This document shows, piece after piece, positions 23,749 to 36,430 of a stretch of 64,000 bases of DNA. The translations under genes and the position numbers were made by a program. Origin of the DNA: Eledone cirrhosa (lineage: Eukaryota); NCBI GenBank assembly GCA_964016885.1, contig OZ024745.1, positions 4,092,001-4,156,000 on the forward strand. Direction: 5' to 3'. The notes below the pieces were generated by a model. That model saw only the letters and a program-made list of their open reading frames with translations. It was not told where the DNA came from and searched no databases. Within the stretch, counting starts at the first letter, position 1. Each line of letters opens with the position of its first letter.

Positions 23749-23764
23749 AGGTGACTTTTAACTT

Positions 23765-23952
23765 CATGTGGATTGGCAGTATCAGTAGAGGTTTGGACAC
23801 CATGCTTTCTAGCAGAGTTACGTCCCTTTACGGTCAGAGTTCAAATCCCATCGAGGTTAACTTTGCCTTTCATCCTTACGGGGTCGATAAAATAAAGTAC
23901 CAGTGATGTACTGGGTAATTGCTGGCCTTGTGCCAAAAGTAGAAACAATTAT
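23765..23952 (+). mobile_element. SINE S1, young copy
   Basis: Near-identical core to the 6005 and 48520 copies. Confidence 0.8.
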
Positions 23953-26013
23953 TACAATCAGGCATTTTTTTGTTTTGTTTTTTTATATATTTAATACCTC
24001 ATTTATTTGATTTTCTTTTCCTCAACTTTTAAAAAAATGTTAACTGAACAAATAAAAGAGATTATAGAACAAATGGAATTTGGTAAAGACCTTGTAATTC
24101 TTGTGGATAGTTAATTTTGTAAAGCCTAACACCTAGTAATTCTTGACAATTTTTTTGTTGTTTTTTAATCAAAGATAAATTTGATGTGTGTATAACTACA
24201 GTTATAAGCCATATCTATAAAAATTTAAGCAAATGTGAAAAATATTCAGTTATTCCCTTTGTACACATAGAAACATAAGAGATAGTCTTTTACATGTTTC
24301 ATAGCTAATTGTTTATCAGAAGACTAGTACTCTTATCCTTCTGTTAAAGAAAAGAGCTATTGTCAAATGCTATTTATATCAAACATAATCTAGAACTTAA
24401 TAAAAAAGGCCAGTCTAATTTGCATAATCTAATTTTAGTGTTATTCAACAAATAATTTAGTGATGTTTATTATTTGATTTAAACTATATACTTAGATTTT
24501 TTTTAAATACCTCACGATCTCCATTATTGGTTTAGAAAATAAAAAAAACTGCTTGGCTGTTCTGTAGCTACCTAGCACCAACCAACCAATATGATGTCTC
24601 AGGTTTAAATAAGATTTCTACTAACTCTCTTGTTACTGCTAAGGTGATTGTCTTAGTAAATTAGTTCAAATTTCAGCTACTTCACTAACGATCTCTTAAC
24701 CTCTTATAATCATTTCTTTTTCAGTTTGTTGTTTTTCTTTGTTCTGTCTAAATCTTAATAATGTACTGACATAGCTGAAATGATTCTCTACAGTCATTTC
24801 ACATTTCTCTTTCCTGTTTTCTCTGTTCATCTCTACATCTCATTTATTAGGTTTCTTTTAATCCTACAGCAATTTATTCTTAGAGTGTCTGGTTATTTTC
24901 ATTGCACATTACCTTTCTAACTGTACATAGTACCTTACTAATTTGGATTAGCATTCATCATCATCATCGTTTTTATGTCCATATTTCTACGCTTGCATAG
25001 GTTGGACACATCATTGTCAGCACAGCATCTCTCTGCACGTCAAGAATGTATTATATTCAACGTAATAAATTCTTTCGTGCTACTACATAAACCCTTTCTA
25101 AAGGGATTCTGCAGTGGAATTTCTTGAAACTGGTGTGTACAAGCTGAGTAAATAGCAATGAGTAGAGAACTAAATGACACTCTGTAAAGTAGTTGATGAA
25201 CAAGTGGAGACAGAATATGACAACCTGTCAAGTACTGGTACCATATTCCAATACACCCACTATGTTCTCTGTAAAGTGGTTAGCTATAAGAGTATCCAGC
25301 TGTAGAAAACATGGCAAAAGTGGAACCTATGGCTGAGCCATCTCTCTATCTCTCTATCTCTCTATCTCTCTCTCAATAAGAACTGATTCGGTCAGTGACA
25401 GCCTAACTCAGACCAACATGAAAAAGTAGATGCAAAGAGTTGACTTTTATGGTCAATTCCTTAAACTTGAAGCAAATATCCAAGATAATGTATTTAGTTG
25501 TTTGCAGATTACTGTTCATGATTATCATCACCATCACCATCTCCCATGCTGGACAGGACTTACTGATACAATGTTTTACAGCTAAATGACCATCCTCACA
25601 CCTCTTTTAATCACATCTTCTCACACAGGAATACAGTGTACCTATTCTAAACTAGATACATCTTTATTTCTCTGAGTCTTTTCAGTGGAGGCTTTCATAG
25701 TTAAGATTTTCTTAATAGTAATCACACAACAGTGTTAAACATTGATTTTTCTTCCTGTTTTTATAACCTACTCAGATTAATTATTACTAATTAGTTTGAG
25801 ATTTGTGTTGCTGTTGAAGCCATTCCAGCTAATTAAAGAATAACTGTGAAACAAGTATTCCAGACATTTTTTTCTATTCCACCTACATCATCTTATAAAT
25901 TTAGTGTCATGGCCGCCCTAGGAAATTTCATGTCAAGTATAGAAGATATTCTCACAAGCTGGAAGGGTTAAAATATTAACATTTAACTTATGAATATATA
26001 TATATTTCAAATG

Positions 26014-26155
26014 AAGGCAGTGAATTGGCAGAGTTGTTAGAATGTCGAATTTGCAGTATTCATTTCAGCTCTCTGAGTTCAAATCTTGTCGAGGTCAACT
26101 TTACCTTTCATCCATTCGAGGTTGATAAAAAAAGTACCAACCAAGTACTGGTGTC
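26014..26155 (+). mobile_element. SINE S1
   Basis: ggcagtgaattggcagag..ctgagttcaaatc..aggtcaactttacctttcatcc. Confidence 0.7.
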
Positions 26156-27471
26156 AATTCTTCTTCTATATCTCTTTCTCACTTTCATTCTCTCACTCTG
26201 GAAGAAATCTGTTATATTCAGACCTAATGAGGCGATGGGGTAGGATTTCTACAGCTGGATGTGTCTTAATGCTAACCACTTTATACAGTGTACTAGATGT
26301 ATTTTATCATGGTTGCCAACACATACAAATTAGTGTATGATCTCTTTATATCAGTTTTAATTATGTATATCTATTAGAAGCAGTTGCAACTAATATAATT
26401 TACAGGTTAACATTACATCGGAAATTGTGAGATTTTTTTTAACTATGAATCACACACACATGTATCATTTGATTGTTCAAGGAAGGGAATTAGAGAATAC
26501 TAAATTACTTTAGGAAGAGACAACAGTTTAATGAAGTTGGATAGAAAATATAAATTTAAACGACATAAAAACCTAGGCTGCAGCAACAAATTGTTCTTTA
26601 TCTCTCTTTCTCTTCCGTATGACCTCCTAAGTTGTCAATATATCTCACTTCAGACTAAGTCTGATTTAACAACTGCAAACTTTACCTATTTTCATTTAAA
26701 AGGAAATTATTTTTACTTTTTCCCTTGCATTGAACATCAGTCTAATGACATAAATTGGTTATATTTGGTATTGTATACACCATTAGTATCACTGAATGGT
26801 TAAGGAGTTCATTACTGCATGGTACCATTGCCATGGTACATGCCTTGTGAGTAGGTGGAAACTGTTTCTTTTCAATATTTCACATGAAATTGTGAAGTGA
26901 TAAACGTTAAAAAGGAGGAGAAAATGTCATGAATGACAATTAAAACTAAAAATATTAATTCAATTGAGTTTTAATTTCAGTATTAATTGTTTTCAGTTTA
27001 ATTTAGCAATTTTCAAACGATACTTTGAGGAAAGAAGTTGAAAGACCTTTGTGCTTGTTAATGATAAATATATTGTGTAGGAGGTGTCAAAGTGAAATAT
27101 GGTCAGTGAAGACAGAAATAGCCAGAGAAAACTGAACCTAACAAGGATTTATTGGTTATGTAACATCAATTCCTAAATCAAACTGGATGGAAGTGATCTG
27201 AACGACTGGTTATTAGACTCATTGATTATATAAATATATGATTGATGAGAAGTTATGCTGAGTAAAGAAATATTAGATAATAGCTGAGGCGAGAGATAAA
27301 GGAGGACAAAGTAGATCATATAGAAAGCTAAACCTTTTATAGATGAAATAACACAAGATAAGCAGAGTAAATGTATTTCTACAAACTTGTCAGTATGAAA
27401 CCTTTGGCTACTGTCATATATATATTAAACTATTGCTACTTGATTATGTCAAGTTTAGATATTTGTCAAGT

Positions 27472-27660
27472 ATCATCATCATCATCACTGTTTCATGTCC
27501 ATTTTTTTCACGCCAACATGGATTAAACAAGTCCCATTGTGAGACAAGTCAGATCAGGTGACCATGTCTTGCTCATACAGAACTGATTCTGGCTTGGTTT
27601 CTATGGCTGGATGCCCTTCCTAACAACAAGCACATTTACAGTGTAGACTGGGCGCTTTTT
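27472..27660 (-). mobile_element. S2/RTE-tail SINE whose internal segment continues into the adjacent array
   Basis: (CAT)n tail, ggctggatgcccttcctaac motif, runs directly into the repeat. Confidence 0.8.
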
Positions 27661-29101
27661 GTTGTGTCACCAACACAACCACTTTACAGTGTGGTCTGGG
27701 TACTTTTTGTTGTGTCGCCAATACAACCACTTTACAGTGTGGTCTGGGCACTTTTTGTTGTGTCACCAACACAACCACTTTACAGTATGGTCTGGGCACT
27801 TTTTGTTGTGTCACTAACACAACCACTTTACAGTGTGGTCTGGGTACTTTTTGTTGTGTCGCCAATACAACCACTTTACAGTGTGGTCTGGGTACTTTTT
27901 GTTGTCACCAACACAACCACTTTACAGTGTGGTCTGGGTACTTTTTGTTGTCACCAACACAACCACTTTACAGTGTGGTCTGGGTACTTTTTGTTGTCAC
28001 CAACACAACCACTTTACAGTGTGGTCTGGGTACTTTTTGTTGTCACCAACACAACCACTTTACAGTGTGGTCTGGGTACTTTTTGTTGTGTCACCAACAC
28101 AACCACTTTACAGTGTGGTCTGGGCACTTTTTGTTGTGTCACTAACACAACCACTTTACAGTGTGGTCTGGGTACTTTTTGTTGTGTCACCAACACAACC
28201 ACTTTACAGTATGGTCTGGGCACTTTTTGTTGTGTCACTAACACAACCACTTTACAGTGTGGTCTGGGTACTTTTTGTTGTCACCAACACAACCACTTTA
28301 CAGTGTGGTCTGGGTACTTTTTGTTGTCACCAACACAACCACTTTACAGTGTGGTCTGGGTACTTTTTGTGGTCACCAACACAACCACTTTACAGTGTGG
28401 TCTGGGTACTTTTTGTTGTGTCACCAACACAACCACTTTACAGTGTGGTCTGGGCACTTTTTGTTGTGTCACTAACACAACCACTTTACAGTGTGGTCTG
28501 GGTACTTTTTGTTGTGTCACCAACACAACCACTTTACAGTATGGTCTGGGCACTTTTTGTTGTGTCACTAACACAACCACTTTACAGTGTGGTCTGGGTA
28601 CTTTTTGTTGTCACCAACACAACCACTTTACAGTGTGGTCTGGGTACTTTTTGTTGTCACCAACACAACCACTTTACAGTGTGGTCTGGGTACTTTTTGT
28701 TGTCACCAACACAACCACTTTACAGTGTGGTCTGGGTACTTTTTGTTGTCACCAACACAACCACTTTACAGTGTGGTCTGGGTACTTTTTGTTGTGTCAC
28801 CAACACAACCACTTTACAGTGTGGTCTGGGTACTTTTTGTTGTCACCAACACAACCACTTTACAGTGTGGTCTGGGTACTTTTTGTTGTGTCGCCAATAC
28901 AACCACTTTACAGTGTGGTCTGGGCACTTTTTGTTGTGTCGCCAATACAACCACTTTACAGTGTGGTCTGGGCACTTTTTGTTGTGTCGCCAGCACAACC
29001 ACTTTACAGTGTGGTCTGGGCACTTTTTGTTGTGTCACCAATACAACCACTTTACAGTGTGGTCTGGGCACTTTTTGTTGTGTCACCAACACAACCACTT
29101 T
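27635..29101. repeat. Minisatellite, 46/48-bp units, about 31 copies, with a 330-bp higher-order period
   Basis: Unit GTCACCAACACAACCACTTTACAGTGTGGTCTGGGTACTTTTTGTT(GT); matching ORF starts at 27927, 28257 and 28587. Confidence 0.97.
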
Positions 29102-29629
29102 GATTATATTAGGAATTAAAGATAGTTCACTAAAATATATCTAACTCAAAGATCACTAGGTTAGGAACAACTATAAGGGATTTCCTAATTTTACTGATAT
29201 TCATTTTGTATATTTTGGAATTTTTCCAAGTTTACTAAATGAGCATAGGTAGTGATGTGGGTTTCTAAAAACAGCTTTCAATAAATCCCAACATGATCCT
29301 ATTTAGATATTGATAACAATAGTTGTTTTGGCTACAATACAACCAATGGAATGACAATCTCTTGTAATCTTACTATTTTAAACTACTGTTGTCATATCTT
29401 CTTATTCAGGACATACTAATAAGATTGTTGATTGCTTCTGGGCCTTGCCTTATTCACTTTAATCTTATTATCATCATCAGTTTAGTATTACATCATCATA
29501 TGTTAGTTTTCCATACTTGCATGTGTTGGACAGGTTGTTACAGTTTGAGACTAAATAGGTTGGAGAATCTTGTCTCACTCATGTGTTCCATATATGGAGT
29601 GGTTTCTTTTTCATTGTGAGAGGGGCACC

Positions 29630-30165
29630 TTGTTGTCAACAGAGGTATCAATATATATGAGAGGGCCCCCTATTGTCAACAGAGGTATCAATATATATGA
29701 GAGGGCCCCCTATTGTCAACAGAGGTATCAATATATATGAGAGGGCCCCCTATTGTCAACAGAGGTATCAATATATATGAGAGAGACATGTCAACAGAGG
29801 TGTCAATATATATATGAGAGAGACATGTCAACAGAGGTGTCAATATATATATGAGAGAGACATGTTGTCAACAGAGGTGTCAATATATATATGAGAGAGA
29901 CATGTCAACAGAGGTGTCAATATATATATGAGAGAGACATGTCAACAGAGGTATCAATATATATATGAGAGAGACATGTTGTCAACAGAGGTGTCAATAT
30001 ATATATGAGAGAGACATGTTGTCAACAGAGGTGTCAATATATATATGAGAGAGACATGTTGTCAACAGAGGTGTCAATATATATATGAGAGAGACATGTT
30101 GTCAACAGAGGTGTCAATATATATATGAGAGAGACATGTTGTCAACAGAGGTGTCAATATATATA
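29630..30165. repeat. Minisatellite, 37-40-bp units, two unit types
   Basis: TTGTCAACAGAGGTATCAATATATATGAGAGGGCCCCCTA then TGTCAACAGAGGTGTCAATATATATATGAGAGAGACA(TGT). Confidence 0.95.
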
Positions 30166-30412
30166 GTAGACAAAGGCAGATTTAGCATTTGGTCAAATGC
30201 ATACCAGACTAAGAACTAGTCAATATACCAGATTGAAACCCTTGCAGGTGGTGCCTCAGCATGGCCGCACACCAAAGACAGAAACCAATAAAATATCATC
30301 ATCATCGTTTAACAATAGACACACATACACACCACCATTGATTCCTTCCTTATACTCTTTATATGATGATGTCAAGATATATATTGGCAACTTGTCAAAT
30401 CTACATAAGAAA

Positions 30413-30957
30413 TAGTGGTGGTGGTGGTAGTGGTAGTAATGGTGGCAGCGGTGGTGGTGGTAGTAATGGTGACAGCGGTGGTGGTGGTAGTAATGGTGGC
30501 AGTGGTGGTGGTGGTAGTAATGGTGGCAGTGGTGGTGGTGGTAGTAATGGTGGCAGTGGTGGTGGTGGTAGTAATGGTGACAGCGGTGGTGGTGGTAGTA
30601 ATGGTGGCAGTGGTGGTGGTGGTAGTAATGGTGGCAGTGGTGGTGGTGGTAGTAATGGTGGCAGTGGTGGTGGTGGTAGTAATGGTGGCAGTGGTGGTGG
30701 TGGTAGTAATGGTGGCAGTGGTGGTGGTGGTAGTATAGGTGGCAGTGGTGGTGGTAGTAATGGTGACAGCGGTGGTGGTGGTAGTATAGGTGGCAGCGGT
30801 AGTAGTGGTGGCAGTGGTGGTGGTAGTAATGGTAGCAACGGTGGTGGTGGTGGTAATGGTGGCAGCGATGGTGGTGGTGGTAGTAATGGTGGCAGCGGTG
30901 GTGGTAGTAATGGTAGCAGCGGTAGTGGTGGTAGTAATGGTTGCAGTGGTAGTAGTA
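30413..30957. repeat. (GGT)n-derived satellite with a 27-bp period
   Basis: GGTGGTGGTGGTAGTAATGGTGGCAGT repeated, decaying at the right end. Confidence 0.93.
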
Positions 30958-30999
30958 TAACAGTAAAGTTGTATTATAGTTTATGTAGTTAACAAGAAG

Positions 31000-31110
31000 A
31001 CGTTAATTGGAACTCTCCCTACATTAATTGGACCTCTCCCTACGTTAATTGGAACTCTCCCTACATTAATTGGACCTCTCCCTACGTTAATTGGAACTCT
31101 CCCTACATTA
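31000..31110. repeat. 21-bp tandem repeat, 5 copies, strictly alternating A/B variants
   Basis: ACGTTAATTGGAACTCTCCCT / ACATTAATTGGACCTCTCCCT. Confidence 0.9.
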
Positions 31111-31729
31111 AGGAGAGGTAAAAAATCTAATGATTTGGCAACAGTAAATCTTGGTTAAATTTGGAAACAAGTGGTGAGGGACAGAAAAACACAGCACAAA
31201 GTCTGATATTAAATGAATCTGATCTTTGGCAAGGACAACTCCAAACATGTTCTGGTATTATTAATACTCTTCAATGAAGCACAGTGTTTAATATATCTGC
31301 CAGATCTGTAATAATAGAATTTGTTTGTGTAAAAATGATTAGTATAACACAGTAATGAAGGGAGAATTGCACATGGATGTCATCACCATCATTTGACATC
31401 TATTTCCCATGCTTGTATGGGTTAGATGGCTCGTCACGCTATGAGGTCAGATAGATTAGGTAACTATATCGTTAGATTCATTTGTTGTTGTTTTATGGCT
31501 GGATGCTCTTCCTAATGCCAACCACATTACATCATGTACTGGGAGCTTTTTGTTGTGGCACCTATTCGACAACCACTTTACATGTGGAAAATCATTAGCA
31601 AAGGTAGTACTAACACAATGTGGCCAGCAAGAAAACCTTAATTAATGAAGACTATATCTCTGCATTCAGTAGAGTTAAATATTGGATCATTGCTTAAATC
31701 TGATCAAGGAAGGAAGGGGCAACAACTCC

Positions 31730-32160
31730 ATATTTCCTGAGTTAGCTTCTGTATCAATTTGGTGTCTGTGCCTTACCTATGGTCATGAATATTTGATAAT
31801 GACTAAAAGAATACAATCACGAATACTAGCAGTTGAAATGGGGTTACCTCTGAAGGTTCTTTGTAGTAATGTTACTCAATGGGGTACGTAGCTTTAAGAT
31901 GAGAGAGTTGCTATTTCTCCACATCAAGAGATCACAGCTTCAATATTACAGACATACGGTTAGAATGTCCTGGGAAAGAATCACTGAACATATTTTATGG
32001 ACAAAGCTAATTTGCAAGAGACCCCGAGGTAGACGATGAGCAAAATAGTTGGATAACATCCATAATTTGGTTGATCTTGCTTCGGGATTCATCCGGATCA
32101 TTTCAAGGTGGTTTTGCTTCTGGAAGGGGTGTCTAGGTACTCTGCCCCATGATCCTCTCG
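31730..32160 (+). mobile_element. Degenerate Expander/Rex3-like RTE 3' fragment
   Basis: LTYGHEYLIMTKRIQSRILAVEMG and RPRGR motifs with frameshifts. Confidence 0.72.
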
Positions 32161-32343
32161 GGAATATGTGGTAGAAGAGAAGCTCTTGTGTCATAACATG
32201 TGCAGTCACAGCTTATGACGTATCCCATGATCCTCCTTGTCAAAAGACTTCACAAACTCCAGAAATACTATATATAATATATATATAAGAAAAAAAGATG
32301 AAATCGGAAATGCAACTAGTTTTTTTTTTAAATATTTATTTGG

Positions 32344-32385
32344 CTCCTTTACCGGTTTCGCAGTTCTTGTGCTTTTCAAAAGTAG
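32344..32385 (-). ncRNA. Minimal Penelope-type hammerhead variant
   Basis: Minus strand: CUACUU-UUGAAAA-GCAcaagaacUGC-GAAA-CCGG-UA-AAGGAG, palindromic ACCGGU stem III, AAUAAA just downstream; non-canonical core. Confidence 0.45.
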
Positions 32386-32436
32386 AATTAAGATGGAGGG
32401 TTTGTGGTTTTATCTATTATATATATATATATATAT

Positions 32437-32550
32437 AATGCCAGACAGTCCTATACGAGCAAGACAACCAATCTTGCTTCAAGTGGGAAAATTCCCGTCC
32501 AAACCCATGCAAGCGTAGAAGATGGATGTTAAACGATGATGATGATGATG
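32437..32550 (+). mobile_element. Extreme 3' fragment of the RTE LINE, in (TA)n
   Basis: tgccagacagtcctatacgagcaagaca...cccgtccaaacccatgcaagcg..(GAT)n matches 9475-9584. Confidence 0.85.
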
Positions 32551-32568
32551 ATATATATATATATATAT

Positions 32569-32968
32569 ATATCACATAAGAAACAGAGAATCAGTGGTGC
32601 AAAGAATTAGAATTTATTATACATATTACAATCGTTTCTCTGGCGACCAGCTCGAGGCACGATCAATGCAATGATCGAACCTGACTCTGAAATCGCAAGT
32701 TCTTCAGATACATCTCAATCTTTGGAAACTCTGCTTCGAAGAATCGAGGTGTATCTGAGGAACTTGCGATTTCAGAGTCAGGTTCGATCATCGCATTGAT
32801 CGTGCCTCGAGCTGGTCGCCAGAGAAACGATTGTAATATGTCTAATAAATTCTAATTCGTTGCACCACTGATTCTGTTTCTTATGTGATATCATACTCTG
32901 CTCTGTAAGAGCATAGAGTACTCAAACAGCCTACCGCATACGGACACTTTAAGCATCCTACACCAAAT
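32569..32968. mobile_element. Foldback element: arms of about 155 bp (32569-32891) plus an unpaired tail; Penelope-like
   Basis: Arms are reverse complements with few mismatches and a loop of about 7 nt; each arm has CTGA(G/A)GA...GAAAC-GATT-GTA then AATAAA; flanked by (TA)n. Confidence 0.75.
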
Positions 32969-34149
32969 ATATATATATATATAAGCAGTGCGTGTGCATG
33001 GTCACCTCAATTACTTTATATTATTTAACTGAAATAGATATAATTGTAGCTGTCATGAAATATTTATATCTCTAGTGCCACTTGTATATCACAGTTTTTA
33101 GTTCCTTTATTTGCTAGTAGTGTGGGATTGGCTTAGCTGTTTTTCCTTTTGTTTGTTTTGGTTTTGTTTTTTTCTGTTCTGTTGAATTGTTATGTTAGTC
33201 CTTTACTTTACAACAAAGTTTAACTTTATCTAAATTTAGCACTTGTTCTTTGGTGATACTAAAGATCCAAAATTTCACATTGAAACACTTCCGTATTTAG
33301 GCAGGAGTACAAGGCATGTATGAATTACTTTAAAAGTATTTATCATACAGATGCTCCAACATTCCTATTGTTTGTTATGGAAGAATTGTTCAGTTTATTC
33401 AAATCATTTCTGGTGACTATTCATGACTGCAATATTATAGGAAAATATAGTTTTTGAAAATATATTTAATTAATTTCCATTTGACAAATATTTTTCTTTC
33501 TCAAAAACACATCCCCACCTCCCTATATTTAAGCAGGAAACTGCATCTGTCATATGAAATTCATCTTTGTCAGTAATCCAACAATTGTATTGTCCACAAA
33601 AGCTATATATCACTTGTTTTACAAATTGCTTCTCTAAATAATTTTTTACTAATTAAGAACACAAGTCGTTTTGAAAAAGGAAGACAAATAAAATGAATGG
33701 CAGCTTGTAAAATAAAATAATGTGGGGAATGGGGGCGTTTTCATTAAAAAAGCCCCCCCCCCCCTCTCTCTCTCTCAATATAACTCTTTAGAAAGAATCT
33801 CTAAAGAGCGTTATGTTTTTGTAGAACTTGTATGATAAAAGAGTCTGGTCTCTCTAGAAATAGATATATCCTGGGAGGATGATAAACTAAATGAAGATTA
33901 GTTCACTGGATATTCAGAAGTAGCAAGTGTCCATCATCATTGCCATGTAACGTCTATTTTACATGCTTGCAGGGGTTAGACATGTCTGTCACATTATGAG
34001 GCCAGACAGGTCAGGTAACCACATCATACATTCCATTTTTATGCTTGGTTTTCTATAGCTAAATGCTCTTCCTAATGCTAACTATCATACAGGCTTACAG
34101 GGTGGACTGACACCAGTACAACCATTTATATATATATTATATATACATA

Positions 34150-34600
34150 TATGTGCTGTGCAACTAGAGAAGAAAAACCTGAAATCAAAAGGCCTCAAAG
34201 TCAATTTAGCTCACACTGAAGTCCTGGTAAATAGGAAAGACAACAGGGCTCTGGGTCCATCAAGGAAATGGCTATACTCAATGTGCAAAAAAAAAAATAG
34301 CTGGTAGAAACTGAATGTAAACTATAGGCACACAAGTGGTCTATGAGGATATCTGGCAAACCAACAAAGTTAATAGGTTTGGTATGTGGCTTCAGGAACA
34401 GTAAACAGCAAATGTTCACATAAAATAGACTTTATCAAATGTTCTGATGGTTCCTTAGAAGTGGTTGACAATTTCTACTACCTAGGTGACTTAAGGGTGG
34501 GGGAGGGTGTAATAGTAGAGTGAGAACCCAGTGAAGAAAGTTCAGGAAGCTTCTATCTCTGCTGGTCATAAAGGGTTTCTCCCTCAAAATGAAGCAAGTT
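34150..34600 (+). mobile_element. Old RTE relic of the PHD-containing lineage
   Basis: LKSKGLKVNLAHTEVLV..RKW..C..CKLxAHKW..LEVVDNFYYLGD..KGFSLKMK, colinear with copy A. Confidence 0.78.
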
Positions 34601-34642
34601 GTGTAACTCAAACTTTGATTGATTCAAATTGAAACCTAGTTT

Positions 34643-34845
34643 TTAACTCTTAACATCCTGTAATAATTTAGCAGAAAATATCTAAAAATAGATATGTTAA
34701 TTCAAATGTTTTATAGTATCTTGTTGACAAATTATTCTGAAGATTTTCATTATATAACATATTTTCTGTGATGTAGTCATGATGCTGTGTTGTACTTTTC
34801 AAGAACGTCTTGGTAATGTGGTTTGATAGGGTACAGGACATTGAG
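34643..34845. mobile_element. TTAA MITE, same family as 42611
   Basis: ttaactcttaacatcctgta ... tacaggacatt; internal similarity to 42611-42843. Confidence 0.6.
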
Positions 34846-35206
34846 GTAACAAGGTCAACTCATCTTATTTTTGAACCCCTGCTATAATTTAACAGATTTT
34901 ACTCTTATTTTTAGGGTTTAATATTAATAAATTTACTGTTGATGTCGTTCTCAAATGTTATTTCGTAGCAAGGCCAGTCATCCACTGAAGGTATATCCTA
35001 TAATTAGGAAAAGTCAAGAAATTTACAGTATATTTTTACAATGTTATAAATAAATAAATTTAAAATAAGAGTATTTCTATTTTGTTCAATACTTCACCAC
35101 CATCGTCCTGCTATTGATAATTAAATCTTCTTGATAAGATGATAATTTTATATTTTTCTCATAATTTTTGTTTAATTTTCAATAACCTTATTTAATTTTA
35201 CTGCAG

Positions 35207-35224
35207 GCTTTCATGGAATTGAAG
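35207..35224 (+). other. Candidate 18-nt micro-exon
   Basis: ttatttaattttactgcag|GCTTTCATGGAATTGAAG|gtatgt; supported by splice signals only. Confidence 0.35.
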
Positions 35225-36195
35225 GTATGTTGCTTCCACCAGAAAGTTGATGTCTTCTTTTGCCTTATCTAAAATTGTGTATTTTTCATTTTATCATATA
35301 AATTGGTTTATAATAGTTTATATCACTAGCATTATATCTATTACATTTATTTGATTGATGTGAATACATGCAGGTAATTACCATTACCTTTAAACATTTA
35401 TACCTGTTGCAACCTGTCAGCATCATTATACCTCAGATAAATAATACATCTTTGTGTTTCATATATTTTATTACTGAGAGAAACTGATTTCATCTTCATC
35501 AGTTTATCACAAACATGAGTAAAAAATATTAAAGTTAACTAAATCTTGACTTTAGAATAATTAATACAGATGAAATAACCTAACTCAGACATCAGACTCT
35601 TCAGGGGGAAAAAGTGTGTGTGTATATATATATGTGTGTGTGTGTGTGTGTCTGAAGTGCTGAGACTGGGGAGATCACAAACCAGGGTAGTACTCTATAC
35701 ATGGGAAGAAACAGTGGATATAGAGAAAGGTAAAAACTCAACTGCGATGCCAGTTTCAGCTTGTATTAGCAAGTCAAGGGAGTACACCCTTGTAAAGGCT
35801 GAATACAAAACTGCTTGGTATCGTGGCTGGCATTTTATCTTCATCATCATTGTTTAACGTCCATCTTCCGCGCTAGTATATATTCCTTTATTGATCTGTA
35901 TGTTGGAAGTTGAATTTCATGTTTCCTTTTTCTTTCATTCTATACTGTAAATCATTAAGTAGGAAACGATAATAACATACTTAGTCTTAACATGTTTATT
36001 TTTTAATTATTGATTAATTGCTATTTATTTTATTTATTTATTATTATTTTTTTAGCATCAATATTCCTATTATAAATGTAACTTGGCAACTGGTGCCAGA
36101 TTGCCAGTAGAATCGTTTGCATATTTGATCTTCTACTGCACCAGGTGTATAGTACCATTGGAGCAGGTTAGCTTGGTGTATGTGTTAAGAAAATT

Positions 36196-36198
<3 letters not shown>

Positions 36199-36277
<79 letters not shown>
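36199..36277. repeat. (CT)n microsatellite
   Basis: About 39 perfect CT units. Confidence 0.97.
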
Positions 36278-36280
<3 letters not shown>

Positions 36281-36430
36281 CCACCTATCCAACACCATCC
36301 TGGTTAATGGAAAGGCTGCAACAACAGACCCCCCCCCCCCCCCATATAATTCTTTCTCTCTATCTTCTTTATATTTGTGATTGATTAGTTCTGTGTCACT
36401 TCTTTTTTTAATAACTTTTGTACTCTCCTA

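Noticed and set aside
27620-29144. Long repetitive ORFs
   Set aside because: Translations of a SINE-derived minisatellite, with frame changes at each 46-bp unit
30363-30992. Gly/Ser-rich 209-aa protein
   Set aside because: GGT-derived satellite open in several frames; no signal peptide or supporting splice structure
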